Source: Woeseiaceae bacterium
Lineage (GTDB): Bacteria > Pseudomonadota > Gammaproteobacteria > Steroidobacterales > Woeseiaceae
NCBI GenBank assembly: GCA_041617855.1
Contig: JBFJOC010000003.1
Coordinates: 16,959-80,958, forward strand
Direction: 5' to 3'
DNA: 64,000 nt
Each line of letters starts with the position of its first letter. The first letter of the stretch is position 1. The notes beneath the pieces are model-generated. The model was given only the letters and a program-made list of their open reading frames with translations. It did not search any database and was not told the DNA's origin. Shown here in pieces: positions 19,399 to 31,709 of the stretch. The translations under genes and the position numbers were made by a program.

Positions 19399-20253
19399 TC
19401 AGGCGCGGGCGCGCTGGACCTGCAGGGAATCGATGCGCCGCCGGTCGGCCTTGACGACCGAGAATACGAATCCGCCAAACTCGAGGCGTTCGCCGCGACG
19501 GGGTAGGCGGCCCAGCTCGTGCATCACAAGACCCCCGACCGTATCGTAATCCTCGTCATCGAGGTCGCTTTCGAAGTAATCGTTGAAATCGTCAATGCGG
19601 GTCAACGCACGCACGGCATAGCTCGGCCTGCCATTGAGGTCACCCTCGGGACGGATGAATACCGCGGCTTCCGGATCGTGCTCGTCGTCGATTTCGCCGA
19701 CGATCTCCTCGATGACGTCCTCGATCGTTACGAGCCCGGCAATGCCTCCGTATTCATCGACGACGATCGCCATGTGGTTACGGCTGTCCCGGAACTCCTT
19801 GAGCAATGCATTCAGGCGCTTCGATTCCGGAATGACCACCGCGGGCCGCAGAAGCTTACGCATGGGGATGTCGCGCGCCTCCTCACCACCGAAGTAGCGC
19901 AGCAGATCCTTGGCGAGGAGGATGCCTAGCACCTCGTCCCGTTCCTCCCCGATAACCGGGAATCGTGAGTGTCCGGACTCCACGATTACGGCAAGCATCG
20001 CGTCGAAGTGCTGGTCGATATCGATGACGACCATCTGCGAGCGGGGCACCATGACGTCGCGGACCTGCGTCTCGGACACCTCCAGCACGCCCGATAGCAT
20101 GTCGAGCTCGTCAGCCTCGAGATCGATCTCGGATTGGCGAATAAAGTCGTGTATTTCTTCGCGGCTCCATGGCTCGCCCCTGATTGCGCGCTTGACGCGC
20201 GCAACAAGACCGGTAATGCCATTGCCGCTGGTACTTGGCGGTTTGTCGTTCAT
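19399..20253 (-). CDS. corC: CorC/HlyC-family CBS-domain transporter-associated protein
   Basis: 284-aa ORF with a CBS pair plus a CorC_HlyC C-terminal domain (VRDVMVPRSQMV..; ..GRLPRRGE). Conserved ybeZ-ybeY-corC-lnt cluster. Confidence 0.9.
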   Translation of the reverse strand: MNDKPPSTSGNGITGLVARVKRAIRGEPWSREEIHDFIRQSEIDLEADELDMLSGVLEVSETQVRDVMVPRSQMVVIDIDQHFDAMLAVIVESGHSRFPVIGEERDEVLGILLAKDLLRYFGGEEARDIPMRKLLRPAVVIPESKRLNALLKEFRDSRNHMAIVVDEYGGIAGLVTIEDVIEEIVGEIDDEHDPEAAVFIRPEGDLNGRPSYAVRALTRIDDFNDYFESDLDDEDYDTVGGLVMHELGRLPRRGERLEFGGFVFSVVKADRRRIDSLQVQRARA

Positions 20254-20387
20254 TGAACGCGGACAGTCATTGGGTTGCCGGCGATGGCCGGCCTGTCATT
20301 GTAACAGCTGGCGCCGTGCACAGCAGATCGGCATGGCGGCTGGTATAGGCCCGCAGCTTCATTCGCATTTCGATACGCCGAATGAGG

Positions 20388-20870
20388 TTACCGATCATCA
20401 TAGGGATCCCGAACGCCGCGGGACGCGAGGATCTCTGCCTCGAGACGCTCCATGTTCCTGGCCTGCCTCGGCTCCACGTGGTCGTGACCCAGCAGATGCA
20501 GCATTCCATGCACGAGCATGTGTGCCCAATGATCGGCGAGCGGCTTGTCCTGAGCATCCGCCTCTGCACGAACGACTGGCGCGCACACCACGATGTCGCC
20601 GAGCAATCGACCGGCTTCGGCTGGCAATCCGGCTAACTCGCCTCCCGGAAACGCGAGCACGTTTGTCGTCTTGTCCTGCCGACGGAAACGCCGGTTCAAG
20701 GCGCGCATCTCCCCGGCATCGACGACGCGCACCGAAACCTCTCCGCCGGCTTCGAAGCCGCTCCATTTGGCCGTGAGGTTGATCCAGTCAGCGATGACCG
20801 CTGCTGCCGGCACATTCGTGTCCGCCGCATCGCACTGCACATCGACGCGCAGCGTGCGACCTTTCTCCAT
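20388..20870 (-). CDS. ybeY: rRNA maturation endoribonuclease YbeY
   Basis: Contains the HGMLHLLGHDH zinc motif. Start set to internal ATG 20870 (MEKGRTLRV..), 7 nt after the phoH stop. The longer track ORF would overlap phoH. Confidence 0.9.
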   Translation of the reverse strand: MEKGRTLRVDVQCDAADTNVPAAAVIADWINLTAKWSGFEAGGEVSVRVVDAGEMRALNRRFRRQDKTTNVLAFPGGELAGLPAEAGRLLGDIVVCAPVVRAEADAQDKPLADHWAHMLVHGMLHLLGHDHVEPRQARNMERLEAEILASRGVRDPYDDR

Positions 20871-20877
20871 GGTCGAA

Positions 20878-21876
20878 TCAGTGCTTGCCACCACCATTGT
20901 CGTCGGCTTGGTAGGCTTCGACGATTCGCTGTACCAGCGGATGCCGGACGACATCCTTCGGCGTGAAGTGCGTGAACGCGACGCCTTTTACGTCTTTCAG
21001 GATCTTGAGGGCGTTCTTCAATCCGGACTGCTGGCCGGGCGGCAGGTCGATCTGTGTAATGTCTCCTGTCACGACCGCGCGGGACCCGAAGCCGATCCGG
21101 GTCAGGAACATCTTCATCTGTTCGACGCTAGTGTTCTGCGCCTCATCCAGGATCACGAAGCATTCGTTCAATGAACGACCACGCATGAATGCCAGCGGCG
21201 CGATTTCGATCGTATTTCGCTCGATCAGGCGTGATACCTGCTCCGCACCGATCATGTCATAGAGCGCGTCGTACATCGGCCGCAGATAAGGATCGACCTT
21301 TTGCGACATGTCTCCGGGCAGAAAGCCCAGACGCTCACCGGCTTCGACGGCCGGCCTCACGAGCACGATACGCCGCACCTGTTCGGATTCGAGCGCGTCG
21401 ATCGCACACGCGACCGCCAGATAGGTCTTGCCAGTGCCGGCAGGACCAATACCGAACGCGAGATCGTGCGACAGTATATTTTTCATGTACGCAGTCTGAT
21501 TGGCGCCGCGCGGACGAATCAGCTTGTACCGCGTCTGAATTGCGATGGCTTCGGCGCCATCCGAGTCGGCCAACGCGTCGGCGGCAGCAAGATCGCCATC
21601 GTTCATTACGGACTCCTGCAACAGCATGTGCACGCGTTCGGGATCCAAGCGCTCGCTGTCGGTCATGTTGAACAGCGAGCGCAGCACGTCGCTCCCGGCC
21701 TTCGCCGCACCTGGCAGCCCGGTGATGCGAAAGCGGTTCCCGCGGCTCGCGATTTCGATGTCCAGCCGCCGCTCGATTTGTCGCAGGTGCTCATCGAACT
21801 GTCCGCACAGGTTGGCAAGACGCTTGTTGTCGACGGGTTCGAGAACCACATCCCGAGAAATGACAGCGGCGTTCAA
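20878..21876 (-). CDS. ybeZ: PhoH-family ATPase (YbeZ)
   Basis: 332-aa ORF with Walker A GPAGTGKT and the PhoH signature. It lies between miaB and ybeY. Confidence 0.92.
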   Translation of the reverse strand: MNAAVISRDVVLEPVDNKRLANLCGQFDEHLRQIERRLDIEIASRGNRFRITGLPGAAKAGSDVLRSLFNMTDSERLDPERVHMLLQESVMNDGDLAAADALADSDGAEAIAIQTRYKLIRPRGANQTAYMKNILSHDLAFGIGPAGTGKTYLAVACAIDALESEQVRRIVLVRPAVEAGERLGFLPGDMSQKVDPYLRPMYDALYDMIGAEQVSRLIERNTIEIAPLAFMRGRSLNECFVILDEAQNTSVEQMKMFLTRIGFGSRAVVTGDITQIDLPPGQQSGLKNALKILKDVKGVAFTHFTPKDVVRHPLVQRIVEAYQADDNGGGKH

Positions 21877-21986
21877 GGCGAGTGTTTGTACCCTTTCAGG
21901 GCGACTTTCCCGGCGAACAGCACGGGTAATAACGGCGGCGCGGCGGCGCCAAATGGATCCTGGCGACAGATCATTGGATTTTCAGC

Positions 21987-23357
21987 CTACCCCGTCGCCT
22001 CGTGTATGTGAAGTGCACGGTTCGCAGTTCGGCTGCACAATGCACGGCCGCGGAGACTGTTGGGCAAAGCCTCCGTGATTACGACGTCCATGAAGCTGCC
22101 GATACAGCCCGGATTGGCATCAAAATTCACCCAGCGATTATTTTCAGTGCGCCCCGCCACCTGGCTGGTACTCTTACGGGACAGTTTCTCGACCAGCACG
22201 CGTTGGGTTGTGCCCACCATGGCCTTGCTGATCGCCATGGCCTGCGCGGTGATTCTGGACTGCAGCCGTCCGAGGCGCTCTTTCTTTACGTCGATCGGCG
22301 TATCGTCGGCCAGGCTGGCGGCCGGCGTTCCGGGGCGCGCGCTGTAGACAAAACTGAATGACTGGTCGAATCCGATCTCGGCAACCAGATTCATCAACGC
22401 CTCGAAGTCGGCGGCCGATTCCCCCGGAAACCCGACGATAAAGTCCGATGACAGGGAGATACCGGGACGAGCGTCGCGGAGTCGGCGGACCTTGTTCTTG
22501 TATTCCAGCACGGTGTGCCCGCGCTTCATCAGCGCGAGAATCCGATCGGAGCCGTGCTGCACGGGCAGGTGCAGATAGCTGGCCAACTTCGGTATTTCCG
22601 CATACGCCTGTATCAGGCTATCCGTAAATTCCACCGGATGCGAAGTCGTGAAGCGGATGCGCTCAATATCGTCGATTGCGTCGATGTAATAGATCAGCGT
22701 CGCGAGATCGGCAATCTGTCCATCGTGCATCGGGCCACGATAGGCATTGACGTTTTGTCCCAAAAGGTTGACTTCGCGTACGCCCTGCGACGCGAGCGTC
22801 GCAACCTCGGTGATCACGTCGTCGAACGGTCGGCTTATTTCCTCGCCGCGCGTGTAGGGCACGACGCAAAAACTGCAGTATTTGCTGCAGCCTTCCATAA
22901 CGGAAACGAACGCAGTTGGACCCTCCGCTCGGGGTTCGGGAAGACGATCGAACTTTTCGATCTCGGGAAATGAGATATCGACGACCGGGCCGTTTTTCCG
23001 CCGCGCATCCTCGATCAGTTCCGGGAGCCGATGCAGCGTCTGCGGACCGAAAACGACGTCTACGAAAGGCGCGCGGCGAGCAATGCCGTCGCCCTCCTGA
23101 CTCGCGACGCAGCCACCCACACCGATCATCACAGCGGGATTAGCCTCTTTGAGCACGCGCCATCGGCCTAACTCAGAATAGACCTTCTCCTGGGCCTTTT
23201 CGCGAATCGAACACGTATTGACCAGCAGCAGATCCGCCTCCTGCGGCGAGTGCGTAAGGTCGTAGCCGTGAGATTCACGCAGCACGTCCGCCATCTTGGC
23301 CGAGTCGTACTCGTTCATCTGGCAGCCCATGGTCTTGATGTACAGCTTGCGCGTCAC
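21987..23357 (-). CDS. miaB: tRNA-2-methylthio-N6-dimethylallyladenosine synthase
   Basis: 456-aa ORF with N-terminus [16 protein letters not shown], a radical-SAM [11 protein letters not shown] motif and a TRAM C-terminus. Confidence 0.95.
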   Translation of the reverse strand: MTRKLYIKTMGCQMNEYDSAKMADVLRESHGYDLTHSPQEADLLLVNTCSIREKAQEKVYSELGRWRVLKEANPAVMIGVGGCVASQEGDGIARRAPFVDVVFGPQTLHRLPELIEDARRKNGPVVDISFPEIEKFDRLPEPRAEGPTAFVSVMEGCSKYCSFCVVPYTRGEEISRPFDDVITEVATLASQGVREVNLLGQNVNAYRGPMHDGQIADLATLIYYIDAIDDIERIRFTTSHPVEFTDSLIQAYAEIPKLASYLHLPVQHGSDRILALMKRGHTVLEYKNKVRRLRDARPGISLSSDFIVGFPGESAADFEALMNLVAEIGFDQSFSFVYSARPGTPAASLADDTPIDVKKERLGRLQSRITAQAMAISKAMVGTTQRVLVEKLSRKSTSQVAGRTENNRWVNFDANPGCIGSFMDVVITEALPNSLRGRALCSRTANRALHIHEATG

Positions 23358-23474
23358 GGGATCATTCGCTCGAGGACGGCAGCCCGAATTTTACGCCACT
23401 GCCGTGGCGGTGGAGCGCAACCGCGACGCTGAATCCGGGCAGCGATTCGTGCAACGCTGCGCAATAATGACCAA

Positions 23475-23909
23475 TTAGAAAGGTATATCGTCGTCAAAAT
23501 CGTCTGGGCCGGGCTGCGGCGCCGGCGACGACGAGCCGCCGGCTTGCGAGCGCATCGGCGCGGCACCGCCGCCCCGACCACCGAGCATTTGCATCTCGTC
23601 GGCGATGATTTCCGTCGTGTATCGATCGTTGCCATCGCGATCCTGCCACTTGCGCGTCCGCAACTTACCCTCGATGTACACCTGAGAACCCTTGCGCAAA
23701 TATTCCGCGGCAATTTCGGCTAACCGGTTGAACGTCGCGACACGATGCCACTCGGTACGCTCTTTCTGCTCGCCGGTTTGCTTGTCCTTCCAGGCCTCGT
23801 TTGTCGCGACCGTGAAGTTCGTGACCGCGGAGCCGCTCGGCATGTAGCGCGTATCCGGATCCTGGCCGAGATTGCCGACGAGGATGACTTTGTTGATTCC
23901 GCGGGCCAT
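23475..23909 (-). CDS. ssb: Single-stranded DNA-binding protein
   Basis: Internal ATG (cat 23907-23909) gives [19 protein letters not shown]... and ends with the acidic tip DDFDDDIPF. The 81-aa upstream extension in the track ORF is not SSB-like. Confidence 0.95.
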   Translation of the reverse strand: MARGINKVILVGNLGQDPDTRYMPSGSAVTNFTVATNEAWKDKQTGEQKERTEWHRVATFNRLAEIAAEYLRKGSQVYIEGKLRTRKWQDRDGNDRYTTEIIADEMQMLGGRGGGAAPMRSQAGGSSSPAPQPGPDDFDDDIPF

Positions 23910-24055
23910 GGCTGGTCCCCTCTCAAGTACCTGATTCTTTTGCCCGTGGCGGCCGAAATCTTGGCCTCGCCCGCCGCTCCGAGGGTCGCCTATTGTAGAG
24001 CCTGGCGGCACAAATACCACCCCGATTTCTGGGCCGTGTGGCGCAATTGTGGTGC

Positions 24056-25222
24056 TTAACGCCGAAACAGGCCGAACATCGCGAGCCAGATCGCAGCGAG
24101 CAGCGCGCACACGAAAAACACGTCGGCCGGTCGGCCCGAGGCGAGAAACCATCCGCCGATGAGGCCGCCCGTGAACGCGCCGAGGAATTGCGCGCTGGAG
24201 AACACGCCGAGTGACGCGCCGCGCGCCGTATCATCCGCCAGAATCGACAGTCGCGCAGGTAGACCGGCTTCGAGAAACGTAAACCCGGCGAAGAATAGCG
24301 CCAGCGCAGCGAACACCGGCAAGGTACCGAAGCTGCCGAATGCCAGCAGCAGTTCCCCGAGCAGCATCAGCGTCACGGCAATCCCGACGGTCGCAGTCTT
24401 GCCCTGCCGCTCGTCGCTGGCAATCAGCGGCACGGCGCCGGCGAGCGAGACGATCAAGGCGCCAACGTAGATCTTCCAGTGTCCGGTCACCGCCAGCTCG
24501 AGCTCATGGACGAGCAAGAACGGCAGCGCGACAAAGCTTGCAGTCAACATCGCATGCAGCAGAAACGCGTACACGTCCAGCTCGAGCAGATGCACCCGGA
24601 ACGCTGCCTCGAGGTTCCATCTGTCCCGTGGGCCGGGTCGCTCGATCCCGTCCGGTAGCATGGCCAGGAAAATCGCGGCGACAACCGCGAGGGCTGCGGC
24701 CAGCCAGAACAGGGACGGGACGCCGAGGCGGGCGCCAATCAGCGGCCCGATGACGAGTGCGAGAAGAAACGCCACGCCGACACCGACGCCGTAAATCGCC
24801 ATCGAACGCGTCCGCACCTGCACACGCGTCGCATCGGCAATCAGGGCCGTGAGGGTCGCGGAGATCGCGCCCGCTCCCTGCAGCAGACGGCCGGCAATGA
24901 CGCCCCAGATTGCATCACTGCTCGCCGCGAGCAGACTGCCTGCGGCGAACACGGCAAGACCGCCGATGATTACGGGCGGCCGCCCAAGCCGATCGGACAG
25001 CGCGCCGAGAGGGATCTGGAGCGCCGCCTGCGTCAAGCCGTATGCGCCGACCGCGAGACCGATCAGGATCGGTGTAGCACCCTGCAAGCGGGCGGCATAG
25101 AGCGACAGCACAGGCAACAGCGCAAACAGCCCGAACATGCGCAGCATGCCAATCACCGCGATGATACTGACCGCTCGTCGTTCGAACGGCAGCATTGCCG
25201 TCAGTTTGTTACGGTCCATCAT
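24056..25222 (-). CDS. MFS transporter
   Basis: About 388 aa with 12 hydrophobic segments and the MFS loop motif [10 protein letters not shown]. Start set to ATG 25222 (MMDRNK..). Confidence 0.85.
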   Translation of the reverse strand: MMDRNKLTAMLPFERRAVSIIAVIGMLRMFGLFALLPVLSLYAARLQGATPILIGLAVGAYGLTQAALQIPLGALSDRLGRPPVIIGGLAVFAAGSLLAASSDAIWGVIAGRLLQGAGAISATLTALIADATRVQVRTRSMAIYGVGVGVAFLLALVIGPLIGARLGVPSLFWLAAALAVVAAIFLAMLPDGIERPGPRDRWNLEAAFRVHLLELDVYAFLLHAMLTASFVALPFLLVHELELAVTGHWKIYVGALIVSLAGAVPLIASDERQGKTATVGIAVTLMLLGELLLAFGSFGTLPVFAALALFFAGFTFLEAGLPARLSILADDTARGASLGVFSSAQFLGAFTGGLIGGWFLASGRPADVFFVCALLAAIWLAMFGLFRR

Positions 25223-25399
25223 GGTCCCTGGTTGCCGGCTCGCTCCGGAGCGGGCGAAGTCGGTAAGTCGACGCGCATTCGCCTGCCGCGACTCTGCATT
25301 GCAACGCAAACCCGCAGTTTCGAACGGAGAACCCTTTGCGCCGAAGATGGCGGGCGGCGTATATTAGCAGGTTGCCCGGCGTTTTCTGAATTCACGCTT

Positions 25400-28246
<2,847 letters not shown>

Positions 28247-28271
28247 GACACCGCGGCCGGCGAGCTGTCGC

Positions 28272-29168
28272 TCAGGTTGACGACCGCTGACTCCTAACGT
28301 ACGCGTCGAACGCCCTGGCGAAGCGCATCGCGGACCGCTCGTCCGCGCGAAAATACAGCGACGGCTCGGCAAGCTCGAGTTCCATGAGGAGAAACGCGCC
28401 TTCGTCCCCACGCACGAAGTCGAGACGCGCGTAGACGGGCATGGGATCGACCAGCGCCAGGATGTCCCTGGCCGTCCGAATCAATCGTTCCGACGGCCGC
28501 ACCGGTCGAATGTCGGCTCCGTGCTCTTCCTGAACGCGAAAATCACCGGCGGTCGGCACCTTAAGGATTGCGTGGCTGTAGCGGCCACCGAAGAAAAACA
28601 GCGAATACTCGCCCTCGTCGACGATATTGCCGTTAAACGGTTGCACGAAAAACCGCCGGCCTTCGAACGTACGCTTAAGTTCGATCTCGAGCCGGGACGT
28701 TACTGGCTGCAGCAGCACGAACGTATCCGCGGCATTCGCGCCAACGACGGGCTTCACGACCAGCTTGTCTGCACGGGCCTGGCGAAAGAATTCTCGAGCC
28801 CCAGCCTCGGGATAATCGTCATGCCAGTAGCTCGGCACGATTGGCGCACCGCGCGCCTCGAGATCCCGCAGATAAGTTTTCGTCAACGCCCAGCGCACGA
28901 CCGCCAGCGGATTGACGAGCGTGGCGCGGGATGCCTCGATGCTCTCCAGCAGTGCCAGGAATTCGTCGGGCGCGTCAAAATAGTCCCAGGGCGTACAGAT
29001 GTACACCGCATCGAAGCTGTTCCAATCGACCGCGTCCCGTCGCCAGGGCACCATTTCCACGGCCCACCCGAGCGACCACATCGGGCCGATGCTGAGATCC
29101 GCGTCGGTAACGAAATCGCCGAGTTCGTCCATGGTCAGGTAGGCGCAGCGCATCGTGGATATCGGCAA
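28272..29168 (-). CDS. ATP-grasp domain protein (RimK/glutathione-synthetase-like fold), unknown substrate
   Basis: 298-aa ORF. The pattern ..KLVVKPVVGANA..; FFVQPF..I...GEYSLFFFGG..SHA..K; ..YARLDFV...G.F.LMELELAEP is typical of ATP-grasp ligases. Confidence 0.7.
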   Translation of the reverse strand: MPISTMRCAYLTMDELGDFVTDADLSIGPMWSLGWAVEMVPWRRDAVDWNSFDAVYICTPWDYFDAPDEFLALLESIEASRATLVNPLAVVRWALTKTYLRDLEARGAPIVPSYWHDDYPEAGAREFFRQARADKLVVKPVVGANAADTFVLLQPVTSRLEIELKRTFEGRRFFVQPFNGNIVDEGEYSLFFFGGRYSHAILKVPTAGDFRVQEEHGADIRPVRPSERLIRTARDILALVDPMPVYARLDFVRGDEGAFLLMELELAEPSLYFRADERSAMRFARAFDAYVRSQRSST

Positions 29169-29366
29169 GGTCTAACAGAGAATTGCCTATACTCGGATCC
29201 ATACGCCCCGACTGCAAGTTGTGGTTTCGCCCTGCAGGCTGCGCCTAGAATGCCGCGTAGGACGCAGATTCAGAGCATGCAATTGAATGTAACCGTGCCG
29301 GAACGAACTTCCTGAAATGGCCGCTGCGGCAGCTGGCTGGCTCGCACTTACGCAGCGCGCTCGCGG

Positions 29367-30359
29367 ATGATGGCGACTGCCACCAGTATGCGTGACGCGC
29401 TACCCGGCCTGCTGCTGTCGGCCGTCGTGGCACTGGCGGTGCGCTTCGTCAGCGACCGGCTGGGCGGACCGGCCATGCTGTACGCCCTTCTATTCGGGAT
29501 GGCGTTCAATTTCCTGGCCGATGATGTGCGTTTCGCTGCCGGCATTCGCCTGGCCAGCCGTACTGTGCTGCGTCTGGGTGTGGCGCTCCTGGGCCTCCGC
29601 ATAACCACGAGCGACGTTCTGGGCCTCGGCTGGGAAACAACGGGCCTCCTGGTCGCAGGCGTCGGCGCCACGATCACGTTCGGCTGGCTCATTGGCCGCG
29701 GTTGCGGACTGACAAATGGCCATTCGATCCTGTCGGCCGGCGCAGTCGCTATCTGTGGTGCCTCGGCCGCGCTGGCAATCGCATCCGTGCTGCCGGCCGA
29801 GAAGAATCACGAGCGCAATACGATCCTGACGGTCGCGTCCGTCACCGCATTGAGCACGGTCGCCATGGTCGCATATCCGGTCTTCGTCACTTATTTAGGC
29901 TACGACAACCGGGTCGCCGGTGTGTTCCTCGGTGCGACGATCCACGATGTGGCCCAGGTCGTCGGTGCCGGTTACATCGTATCGACCGAGAGCGGCGAGA
30001 TCTCGACGCTCGTCAAGCTGATGCGTGTCGCGTGCCTCGTGCCGGTGGTAATGTTAATTTCGCTGCTGTCACGACGCCGGTCATCTGACCGTGACGCCAG
30101 GGAGCCAATCCTTCCCTGGTTTCTCGTCGTATTCGTCGCCCTGGTCGTCGTGAACAGTTCGGGATTCGTCCCGGAGCCGGTTCACGCGATCATGACGCCC
30201 GCATCGAGCTGGTGTCTGCTCACGGCCGTAGCTGCTCTGGGTGTCAAGACCTCGCTCAAGGCGCTGGTCGACGTGGGACCAGCACCGGTCGCCGCGATGT
30301 TCCTGCAGACCGCTTTTCTTGCCGGTTTCGTAATTACGGGACTGATCCTGCTGGCGTGA
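29367..30359 (+). CDS. YeiH/UPF0324-family membrane protein
   Basis: 330-aa polytopic ORF that I recognise as the YeiH-like (PF03601-type) family, from the N-terminal pattern and GAVAICGASAALA. Confidence 0.75.
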   Translation: MMATATSMRDALPGLLLSAVVALAVRFVSDRLGGPAMLYALLFGMAFNFLADDVRFAAGIRLASRTVLRLGVALLGLRITTSDVLGLGWETTGLLVAGVGATITFGWLIGRGCGLTNGHSILSAGAVAICGASAALAIASVLPAEKNHERNTILTVASVTALSTVAMVAYPVFVTYLGYDNRVAGVFLGATIHDVAQVVGAGYIVSTESGEISTLVKLMRVACLVPVVMLISLLSRRRSSDRDAREPILPWFLVVFVALVVVNSSGFVPEPVHAIMTPASSWCLLTAVAALGVKTSLKALVDVGPAPVAAMFLQTAFLAGFVITGLILLA

Positions 30360-30364
30360 TGCGG

Positions 30365-31093
30365 TCACTCCTGGCCTGAACCCGGCCGGTTCGTCCCATC
30401 AAAGCTACCTGTCTCGAGGAAACGAAGCGTCAGCTCAATCGTCGTCCGCATCCGCATCATGAATGCGTGCGAGTGGCTCACAACGACGAAATCGTCCATG
30501 CCTTCAACCTTCGTGTCCTCGACGGACACGCGGCCGTCGTCGGGGTTCGCGAGCACCGCGGAGGTCAACGGGTCGATCGAGCGACTGCCTGCGATAATGC
30601 CCAGCTCGAACTCCGCAGGACCGAGCGATCGCGGCACGCTGTTTCGACCCTGGCCAAGCTGCCGGCCGGCGGGACCGTTGAGCCAGTCGAAGCCCGGCAC
30701 GTCGTGAAGCTTGTCGACCGCAGCGCTGCCCTTATTTGGCGGGCCGAGCATGACGACACGCCCGAGTTCGGGTATCGGACTCTCGGCCAGGTAGTAACGC
30801 AGCAGGATGCCGCCCAGCGAGTGGGTAACGAAGTGAATTGTCTCGGTGTCCAGGTCCGAGCGACACTGCTCGACGCCGGTTCCGACGGCAAGGGGCGCGA
30901 GCCTTTCGATCGGATGCTCCCGCGATGGATAATCGATGTTCGCGACCCGGTATCCGGCCTCCGCGAGCGCGTCGGCCATCGTGTCCATCGAGCTGGCCGT
31001 GCGCAGCAGTCCGTGCAGCAGAACTACGCATTCGCGGCTCTCGGCAGTGGACGTTGCGGACAGCGCCAAAACGACAATAGCAACGCGCAGCAT
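30365..31093 (-). CDS. Secreted alpha/beta-fold hydrolase (esterase/lipase-like)
   Basis: 242-aa ORF with a signal peptide (MLRVAIVVLALSATSTAES), an oxyanion-type VVLLHGL and a nucleophile elbow THSLGG. Its ATG overlaps the stop of the upstream DUF2238 gene. Confidence 0.8.
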   Translation of the reverse strand: MLRVAIVVLALSATSTAESRECVVLLHGLLRTASSMDTMADALAEAGYRVANIDYPSREHPIERLAPLAVGTGVEQCRSDLDTETIHFVTHSLGGILLRYYLAESPIPELGRVVMLGPPNKGSAAVDKLHDVPGFDWLNGPAGRQLGQGRNSVPRSLGPAEFELGIIAGSRSIDPLTSAVLANPDDGRVSVEDTKVEGMDDFVVVSHSHAFMMRMRTTIELTLRFLETGSFDGTNRPGSGQE

Positions 31094-31707
31094 CAGTCCC
31101 TGGCCATCCCCGGGGCCGTCAGCTGGCGATCATGCACGCCGCTCAAGAGCGTGAGCGCGAGTACGGCCCCGATCAGGGCGTACGCCATATCGGACTGCGT
31201 GTCCCAGACGTATCCCTGGGTACCGAGAAACGCCTCGGCTGCCTCCGCAGACAGCAATGCGACCCACCACTCGAGGAGTTCGTAGAAGGCGCTCACCGCC
31301 AGACAGAAGCAGACGATGAAGAAGTTACGCCAGCTCGGGTAGTTGAATACCCGCAGCCGGATCATCAGCTCGCGCGCGACGATTGCCGGTATGAAGCCCT
31401 GCGCAAAGTGGCCAAGCTTGTCATAGTTGTTACGCGTCTGCTCGAGCGCTACGCGAAGCCATTCACCGAGCGGCACTTCGGCATAGGTGTAATGACCGCC
31501 GATCATAAGAATGATGCAGTGAATCAGTATCAGCGTGTAGCTGAGCGTCGTCAGCGGAAACCGGTCCCGCGTGTACCAGACGATCGCGCCGCCCGCCACC
31601 GCCGGTGCGACTTCGAGCATCCACGTGGCGCGGTCTTTCGGCCCGATTCCGGACCAGATCAAGACGGCCAGGAATATCGTTGCCCATACGGCCGGTCCGC
31701 GACGCAT
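31093..31707 (-). CDS. DUF2238/YjdF-like membrane protein
   Basis: Internal ATG 31707 (MRRGPAVWATIFLAVLIWSGIGPKDR..) lies 2 nt after the stop of the giant ORF. The sequence NNYDKLGHFAQGFIPA..ARE fits my recollection of the YjdF family. Confidence 0.7.
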   Translation of the reverse strand: MRRGPAVWATIFLAVLIWSGIGPKDRATWMLEVAPAVAGGAIVWYTRDRFPLTTLSYTLILIHCIILMIGGHYTYAEVPLGEWLRVALEQTRNNYDKLGHFAQGFIPAIVARELMIRLRVFNYPSWRNFFIVCFCLAVSAFYELLEWWVALLSAEAAEAFLGTQGYVWDTQSDMAYALIGAVLALTLLSGVHDRQLTAPGMARD

Positions 31708-31709
31708 GG

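Noticed and set aside
23910-24152. 81-aa N-terminal extension of the ssb ORF
   Set aside because: SSB starts at the conserved MARGINKV. The extension is not SSB-like and would overlap the MFS gene's 3' end.
25232-25399. 56-aa N-terminal extension of the uvrA ORF
   Set aside because: UvrA homologues begin at the [14 protein letters not shown]-type sequence. The extension overlaps the divergent promoter region.
23910-25399. Search for LexA (SOS) boxes upstream of ssb and uvrA
   Set aside because: I found no CTGT-N8-ACAG-type or TTAG..TACTA-type palindrome by eye in either intergenic region. I cannot exclude a lineage-specific motif.
28247-28271. Possible hairpin between convergent uvrA and the ATP-grasp gene
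   Set aside because: Only a 6-bp CCTGAG/CTCAGG pairing with a long loop and no U-run. Too weak to call.
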